Positions 58,064 to 64,000 of a DNA stretch of 64,000 bases are shown piece after piece. The translations under genes were made by a program, and so were the position numbers. The DNA comes from Ruminococcus sp. (lineage in GTDB: Bacteria; Bacillota; Clostridia; Oscillospirales; Ruminococcaceae), in the NCBI GenBank assembly GCA_017623515.1, contig JAGAOV010000015.1:471-64470 (forward strand). Direction: 5' to 3'. The notes beneath the pieces are model-generated. The model was given only the letters and a program-made list of their open reading frames with translations. It had not been told where the DNA came from and searched no databases. Position 1 is the first letter of the stretch; the number at the start of each line of letters is the position of its first letter.

Positions 58064-59704
58064 TTACATTCGAAGCGTCAATGATTCACGTATCCTCTCG
58101 CTTGAATGTCCCATAAGCCACAGTACAAGCGCATACATAATAACTGCTCCTCCAACTGCTCCTGCAAGCTGAAACAGCTCGCCGTATCCTCGCAGAAATG
58201 ATTTCATAAGATATGCTGCGCCTGTTGACATAAGGGATGCATAAACTATAGGCATTATAGTACGCATGAACCCAAGTCCGCCGGAAAGCATTTTCCCAAG
58301 CTCATAAAGCGCAAGAATAAGCATAATCCCATAGCAAAGACTTGTGGATATACCTGCACCAGTAACCGCAAACGCCGGCATTGGTACAAGGATAAGATTG
58401 CATACAAGCTTTGCTCCTACGCCCCACAGCGTTATTTTCACCGGAAGATCGGCTCTTCCCATTCCCTGCATTATGCTGAATAAGGGTGATACCATGCAGA
58501 GACAAACCATTCCCATTACAAGTGACCTGAGTGCCGCTGCTGCGATCCCTGCCTCTTCTGTATGTCCGCTGTAAAGCACATTCATCACCGGCTCGGCAAG
58601 AAGAAAAAGCCCCATTCCTGCCGGAATCGCAAGCATTCCTGCCGCAAGACTTACCGAACGTACCTGCTCACGCAGTGAGTCAGTTCTGCCCCTTGCCCAT
58701 GCCCTCGCCGCACATGGAAGAACACTCCTGCCAAACATATTTGTTACAGACGGTATAAGATTAAAGACAGTTATCGCCATTCCTGTAAACGCACCGTAAA
58801 CAAACGCAGGAAACGTATCCTCGGCGGCAGCTTCTCCAAAACGTCTTGTAAGTTCATCCATATTATGCGCCTGTGAAAAGCTGAGACTGCGCATAACTGT
58901 ACAAAGGTCTATTATTGATGTAAGAGTTGCTGCAACTGAACCAAGTGCTATGGGAAGCATTGTCCGGATAAGAGCCTTTCCTATGCTCCTATGTGAATCT
59001 GCCCTCTCGCTGCACTGCTCCTGTTTCCTAAGACCATCGCCGAAAAGATTGCGCAGCAGAAAATACAGAAATCCTGCTGCTGTTGAGACAGTCACGCCTA
59101 GTACAGCCGCTGCTGCCGATACTGCAAGAATGTCTGTTCCAGCCGGAAAATACAAAAGCACCGCCTGCTCATGCTCAAGAACAACGCCTGAAAGCCATAG
59201 TCCGGCTATTACTTTTACTGCCGCCTCTGCTGCCTGTGACATGGCTGTTGGGTACATATTCTGCAAGCCCTCATAATACCCTCGCTCTACCGCACTCATA
59301 CACCCGAAAAGTGCTGAGGGTGCTATCATGTAAACCGCATACGCTGCGCTTCCGTCTCCTGCCGCAAACATGGCAAAGGGTTTTCCTGCAAGAAGTATCA
59401 CTATAGTAAGCAATGCGCCAAGTCCTGCAAAAAGCAGTCTTGCTGTGCTTCTTATACGCCGTACATTCTTCCAGCATCCCTTAGCTGCCGCTTCTGCTGT
59501 ATTCTTTGCGACTGCGGCGGATAATCCTGTTACCGACAATGCATATATGGGAAGAAAAAGTCCGTATGCACAGCTGAAATATCCCATTCCTATTCCGCCA
59601 AGCACATTCGTCAGCGGTATCTTGAATAATGCTCCAAGCACTTTCGCTATGGCTGCTGATACCATCAATATCAGTGAGCCTTTGAAAAAGGTCTGTTTTT
59701 TCAG
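58064..59704 (-). CDS. SpoVB/MurJ-like MOP flippase (probable CTG start)
   Basis: KKQTFFKGSLIL…KVLGALFKIPL, RGYYEG…PTAMSQ; many TM segments. Confidence 0.85.
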   Translation of the reverse strand: MKKQTFFKGSLILMVSAAIAKVLGALFKIPLTNVLGGIGMGYFSCAYGLFLPIYALSVTGLSAAVAKNTAEAAAKGCWKNVRRIRSTARLLFAGLGALLTIVILLAGKPFAMFAAGDGSAAYAVYMIAPSALFGCMSAVERGYYEGLQNMYPTAMSQAAEAAVKVIAGLWLSGVVLEHEQAVLLYFPAGTDILAVSAAAAVLGVTVSTAAGFLYFLLRNLFGDGLRKQEQCSERADSHRSIGKALIRTMLPIALGSVAATLTSIIDLCTVMRSLSFSQAHNMDELTRRFGEAAAEDTFPAFVYGAFTGMAITVFNLIPSVTNMFGRSVLPCAARAWARGRTDSLREQVRSVSLAAGMLAIPAGMGLFLLAEPVMNVLYSGHTEEAGIAAAALRSLVMGMVCLCMVSPLFSIMQGMGRADLPVKITLWGVGAKLVCNLILVPMPAFAVTGAGISTSLCYGIMLILALYELGKMLSGGLGFMRTIMPIVYASLMSTGAAYLMKSFLRGYGELFQLAGAVGGAVIMYALVLWLMGHSSERIRESLTLRM

Positions 59705-59879
59705 GAAGATTCCCTCCTTTCATCCTGCTAACATATTTTTTATCCGTTCAGAGGATTTTTCTAAAATTTATGTTGCAGAATAAGAAAATATGTGCTATAA
59801 TAATAAAGATAAGCGTAATTTTCAGTTCCATCATCCTGAATTGCGCTCCTATCACTATACAGAAAGGACTCTGAATAAT

Positions 59880-61076
59880 ATGCAGTTTCAATTCTCTGAT
59901 AATGTTGCCGCACTTCAGCCGTCGGCAATTCGTGAGATTTTAAAGTTTACAGGTATGCCCGGCGTTATCTCTTTTGCTGCCGGCAATCCTGCTCCGGAGG
60001 CTTTCCCTACAGAAACAGTTGCTCAGATCTCCGCTGACCTTCTCCGTGAAAACCCTGTTCTCGCTATGCAGTACAGTATCACTGAAGGCTACCCTGCTCT
60101 CAGAACACTCCTCAAGGAGCGTCTTGCAAGTGAAAAGGCTTTCTATGAGGATAAGGACGAGCTGATCATCACTTCCGGCGCACAGCAGGCTAATGAACTT
60201 ACCTGTAAGGTTCTCCTTAACAGAGGAGATACCCTCCTCTGCGAAGCTCCCAGCTTCATCGGCTCTATCAACGCCTTTAAATCCTATGGCGTAAACCTCG
60301 TTGGTATTCCTCTGGAAAACGACGGCATGAACATCAACGCTCTTGAAGAGGCTCTCAGAACACAGCCCAACTGCAAGCTCATCTATGTTATCCCTAACTT
60401 CCAGAACCCAACCGGCGGCGTTATGTCCCTTGAAAAAAGACAGAAGCTCTATGCCCTTGCATGTCAGTACAACGTGATCATCCTTGAGGATAACCCTTAC
60501 GGCGATCTCCGCTATGACGGTCAGGCTGTTCCGTCAATCAAGAGCATGGATACCGAAAACAGAGTTGTGTACACCGGTACATTCTCAAAAATCCTTGCAC
60601 CGGGCTTCAGAACCGGCTATGTAAGCGGCCCTAAGGACATCATCTCAAAGATAACCGTCTGCAAGCAGGTCTCCGACGTTCACTCCAATATCTGGGCGCA
60701 GGCTATATGCGAACGTTTCATGCGCATAACAGACCTCGATAAGCACTTCGACGGTCTGAGATGCATCTACCGCAGAAAACGTGACATAATGCTTTCCGAA
60801 ATGGATAAGACCTTCTCAAAAAAGGTAGTATATAATAAGCCTGAAGGCGGTCTCTTTATCTGGTGTACTCTGCCGGAGGACTGCGATATGAATGCTTTCT
60901 GCAAAAAGGCTGTTGAGGAATACAAGATCGCTCTCGTTCCTGGCAATGCATTCCTCATAAACGAGTCCGATAAAACCACATCTTTCCGCATGAACTTCTC
61001 TACTCCCACTGATGAACAGCTCACTGAGGGTACAAGAATCCTCGGTGCAATGACAAAGGAAGTTCTCGGAGAATAA
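59880..61076 (+). CDS. PLP-dependent class I/II aminotransferase (LysN/ARO8-like)
   Basis: SAIREIL, SFAAGNP, PNFQNPTG, EDNPY, TFSKILAPGFR. Confidence 0.9.
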   Translation: MQFQFSDNVAALQPSAIREILKFTGMPGVISFAAGNPAPEAFPTETVAQISADLLRENPVLAMQYSITEGYPALRTLLKERLASEKAFYEDKDELIITSGAQQANELTCKVLLNRGDTLLCEAPSFIGSINAFKSYGVNLVGIPLENDGMNINALEEALRTQPNCKLIYVIPNFQNPTGGVMSLEKRQKLYALACQYNVIILEDNPYGDLRYDGQAVPSIKSMDTENRVVYTGTFSKILAPGFRTGYVSGPKDIISKITVCKQVSDVHSNIWAQAICERFMRITDLDKHFDGLRCIYRRKRDIMLSEMDKTFSKKVVYNKPEGGLFIWCTLPEDCDMNAFCKKAVEEYKIALVPGNAFLINESDKTTSFRMNFSTPTDEQLTEGTRILGAMTKEVLGE

Positions 61077-61106
61077 TCAAAATAATATTGAAAGGAAATT
61101 TTTAAA

Positions 61107-61625
61107 ATGGCTATCAACAGACAAGGCTCTTTCGACAACTACATGGTAACTGCAAATTACCTTTCCACAAGAAATACTGCTCTCCACTATCCGGCTAAAA
61201 CACTCGGAAAATTCGGTAACGCTGAGGTTTACGGCATGGTTATCGACATCCCCATGAATCCTGTTCTCCTCTGCACTATGAGCGTTTACGCTAACGGCGC
61301 AAGCAACCTCCACTTCAACAACGGTGCGGAATATACCGGTGCGGCTGTACGTCACCAGACTGTTATCCAGCCAGCTCGCCTGCTTATTGCAAACGCTCCC
61401 CGTCTTCTGTCTGAAGCTCAGCCTGCCAAGGCTCTCCCGCTTCCTATGGGCAGACAGCATTATGTTCACTTCCTCACAAAGAAGGGCATTTTCAAACGTG
61501 CTATTGACCCATATACGATCCGTCAGGACAGCGAAAACGCTCAGACCATTTATCTTCTCTACCAGCAGCTTCTTCAGGCTCTCCGTTCTGCTCAGCTCAA
61601 GGATCAGGCAGCAGGTACAAAGTAA
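61107..61625 (+). CDS. Hypothetical protein
   Basis: GAAAGGA RBS, host-like codon usage, followed by a terminator at ~61639-61671. Confidence 0.7.
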   Translation: MAINRQGSFDNYMVTANYLSTRNTALHYPAKTLGKFGNAEVYGMVIDIPMNPVLLCTMSVYANGASNLHFNNGAEYTGAAVRHQTVIQPARLLIANAPRLLSEAQPAKALPLPMGRQHYVHFLTKKGIFKRAIDPYTIRQDSENAQTIYLLYQQLLQALRSAQLKDQAAGTK

Positions 61626-61699
61626 TTCATATAACACAGAGTTCCCTCGCACCATAAGGCGAGGGACTTTCTTACACTGCATGAAAGGAGCAAACTTAT

Positions 61700-62818
61700 A
61701 TGAAAATTAAAACCACTGCACTTCTATCTGCTGTCGCTGTGGCTTCTTTTACTGCATTACATGCTATGCCTGTTTGCGGCGCAGCTTCTATGCTCGGAGA
61801 TGTAAATTCAGACGAAACAGTCAATACAGACGATGCTTTCCTTATCCTGAATGAATATGCCCTCAGAGCTGCCGGTATGGGCAGTTATATAAGAGATGAT
61901 CTTGCTGATATTGACTCAGACGGCTCTGTTACACTTACCGACGCTTCTTTCCTGCTTACATATTATGCTCAGTATTCTGCCGGTATGAATGTTACTCTGG
62001 AGGGTATTCTCGGCATCGAGGAACGTATTGATGTAAACATCAGCATGTCCGGCATAAACAGCACCTACGCCCTCCTCATGGACGCTAAGACAGGCGATGT
62101 GATCGCAGAGAAAAACGGCTATTCTACTATGTATCCTGCCTCTATGACCAAAATCATGACAGCCATCGTAACTATCGAAAACTTCCCTGATGTAAATCAG
62201 TATGTCACCCTTCCCTCGGCTGCTGTAAATGCTGCATACTCAAGAGGCGGTTCAACTGCTGGTTTCTCCGGCGGTGCTTATGTTCCAATGCTCGATCTCC
62301 TGTATGGCATGCTCCTGCCCTCAGGCTGCGAATGCTGTATCGGTGCAGCACTCATTATTTCAGGCTCAGAATCAGCTTTTGTTGAACTCATGAACCAGAA
62401 AGCCCGTGAGCTTGGCATGACCGGAACTCATTACGCTAACACTACAGGACTTCCCGACAGCAATCATTACACCACTGTACATGATATGACGCTGCTTATG
62501 CGTTATGCCATTCAGAATGATATTTTCCGTCAGGTAGATACAACTCAGAGCCATACTGCTGCAAATGGTCTCTATATGAGAAGCACTATGTTCAAATCAC
62601 TTATCAATAATTACGGCAGTACATCTGTTACCGGAGGAAATATCCTCGGCGGAAAAACAGGCACTACCAGCGCAGCAGGAAGCTGTCTTTGCAGCTTTGC
62701 GGAAATAGACGGCAGAGAATATGTACTCTGCACTGCCAAGGCTGCTTACTCCGGTCTCAATATCGCAGACGCAAGAACTATCTACAGCCGTCTCGGAACG
62801 GCTCTCGCTGCGACTTGA
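61700..62818 (+). CDS. Dockerin-bearing D-Ala-D-Ala carboxypeptidase (peptidase S11)
   Basis: Signal peptide, GDVNSD…ADIDSDG dockerin, PASMTK (SxxK), SGC at the SxN position, GKTG. Confidence 0.85.
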   Translation: MKIKTTALLSAVAVASFTALHAMPVCGAASMLGDVNSDETVNTDDAFLILNEYALRAAGMGSYIRDDLADIDSDGSVTLTDASFLLTYYAQYSAGMNVTLEGILGIEERIDVNISMSGINSTYALLMDAKTGDVIAEKNGYSTMYPASMTKIMTAIVTIENFPDVNQYVTLPSAAVNAAYSRGGSTAGFSGGAYVPMLDLLYGMLLPSGCECCIGAALIISGSESAFVELMNQKARELGMTGTHYANTTGLPDSNHYTTVHDMTLLMRYAIQNDIFRQVDTTQSHTAANGLYMRSTMFKSLINNYGSTSVTGGNILGGKTGTTSAAGSCLCSFAEIDGREYVLCTAKAAYSGLNIADARTIYSRLGTALAAT

Positions 62819-62843
62819 CAAACATGTTCTCAAGCTATATAAT
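62815..62843 (+). promoter_or_regulatory. trpS promoter
   Basis: TTGACA-17-TATAAT. Confidence 0.75.
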
Positions 62844-62887
62844 ATTTATAATGTAATACTAATTTCCTAAAAGGAGGAAACTGTTTT

Positions 62888-63895
62888 ATGGAAGAAACAG
62901 CAAGAAAAAAGCTTATTTTCAGCGGAATTCAGCCTACAGGCACTTTTACTCTCGGTAACTATATTGGTGCTATCAGAAACTGGGGCCCGCTTCAGGATGA
63001 ATACAACTGCATTTACTGCGTCGTTGATATGCATGCTATTACTGTACGTCAGGAGCCTGCTAAACTCCGCCAGAATACTCTTCAGGCTTATGCGCTCCTC
63101 ATGGCATGCGGCATTGACCTTAATAAGTCCATTCTCTTTATCCAGAGCCATGTTAAAACTCATGCTGAGCTTAACTGGATACTCGGATGCAGCACCCAGT
63201 TTGGTGAGCTTTCCCGTATGACTCAGTTCAAGGATAAGAGCGCACGCCATGCCGATGATGTTAACTCCGGTCTCTTCACATACCCTGTTCTCATGGCTGC
63301 GGATATTCTCGCTTACAATGCCGATCTCGTGCCTGTTGGTGCAGACCAGAAACAGCACCTTGAACTTGCAAGAAATATTGCACAGCGTTTCAACCAGAAA
63401 TACGGCGAATTCTTTACCATACCTGATCCATATATTTCACCTGTAGGCGCAAAGGTCATGTCTCTTCAGGATCCTACAAAGAAAATGTCAAAGTCCGATG
63501 ACAACCCCAATGCATGCATTCTCATTCTTGATGACAAGGATACTATCATCCGCAAGTGCAAGAGGGCTGTTACTGACAGCGACGCTGTTGTACGCTATGC
63601 AGAGGGCAAGGATGGAATCAATAACCTGATGACCATTTATTCCAGCATTACAGGAAAGGATTATGCTGCTATCGAAGCTGAATTTGCTGGCAAGGGTTAC
63701 GGCGATTTTAAGCTCGCTGTAGGCGAAACTATTGCCGATCACCTCAGTCCCATGCAGGAGGAATTCAAGCGTCTTTATGCGGATAAGGCTTTCCTCAAGG
63801 AATGCTATACTGCTCACGCACAGAAAGCTCTCGCTTATTCACAGCGCATTGTAAGCAAGGTTTACCGTAAGGTTGGCTTTGTTGATGCAAGATAG
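62888..63895 (+). CDS. trpS: Tryptophanyl-tRNA synthetase
   Basis: SGIQPTG…LGNY, YPVLMAADIL, GADQKQH, KMSKS. Confidence 0.96.
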   Translation: MEETARKKLIFSGIQPTGTFTLGNYIGAIRNWGPLQDEYNCIYCVVDMHAITVRQEPAKLRQNTLQAYALLMACGIDLNKSILFIQSHVKTHAELNWILGCSTQFGELSRMTQFKDKSARHADDVNSGLFTYPVLMAADILAYNADLVPVGADQKQHLELARNIAQRFNQKYGEFFTIPDPYISPVGAKVMSLQDPTKKMSKSDDNPNACILILDDKDTIIRKCKRAVTDSDAVVRYAEGKDGINNLMTIYSSITGKDYAAIEAEFAGKGYGDFKLAVGETIADHLSPMQEEFKRLYADKAFLKECYTAHAQKALAYSQRIVSKVYRKVGFVDAR

Positions 63896-63904
63896 TTAAG
63901 GCAA

Positions 63905-63945
63905 TACCGCACAAAGCCCGCCTGACGGCTCTGCACGTCATCTGC
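63905..63945. repeat. Inverted partial copy of the 790-830 element
   Basis: 37/41 identity to the reverse complement of 790-830. Confidence 0.7.
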
Positions 63946-64000
63946 TTGCATATTTTCCGCCATATTTCACAAAAAGCCTCGTGAATACACAAAGTATTCA

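Overview
A 64-kb chromosomal window, mostly core genes, from a dockerin-bearing, probably spore-forming Firmicute; the gene content resembles Ruminococcus/Oscillospiraceae (inference). It holds tepA-ftsK, a ygiQ/comEC-like/baiN/cmk/plsC/ispH-rpsA run, rqcH-rlmA-nif3-trmK, sigH, a dcw cluster (mraZ to ftsZ), the str operon (rpsL-rpsG-fusA-tuf), four non-cellulolytic dockerin proteins (one LRR-cohesin-dockerin), corA, pflA/pflB, gap, ychF, a spoVB-like gene and trpS. I saw no transposase, integrase, prophage, rRNA, canonical tRNA or CRISPR array. Main observations: (1) Pyruvate formate-lyase is naturally split, with its glycyl-radical domain on a separate 79-aa gene. Between the two lies a 68-aa ORF resembling that domain's N-terminal helix/strand but carrying a Cys-rich tail instead of the Gly loop. 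(2) A tRNA-shaped element with a shortened anticodon arm precedes a zinc-ribbon gene. (3) A 27-codon uORF with alternative hairpins precedes corA. (4) A sigma-A promoter and a strong RBS lie inside the ispH-rpsA fusion. (5) A ~233-bp REPIN/MITE-like family includes one copy with an inverted spacer and one with a nested insertion. All calls come from reading the sequence by eye; no searches or folding programs were run.
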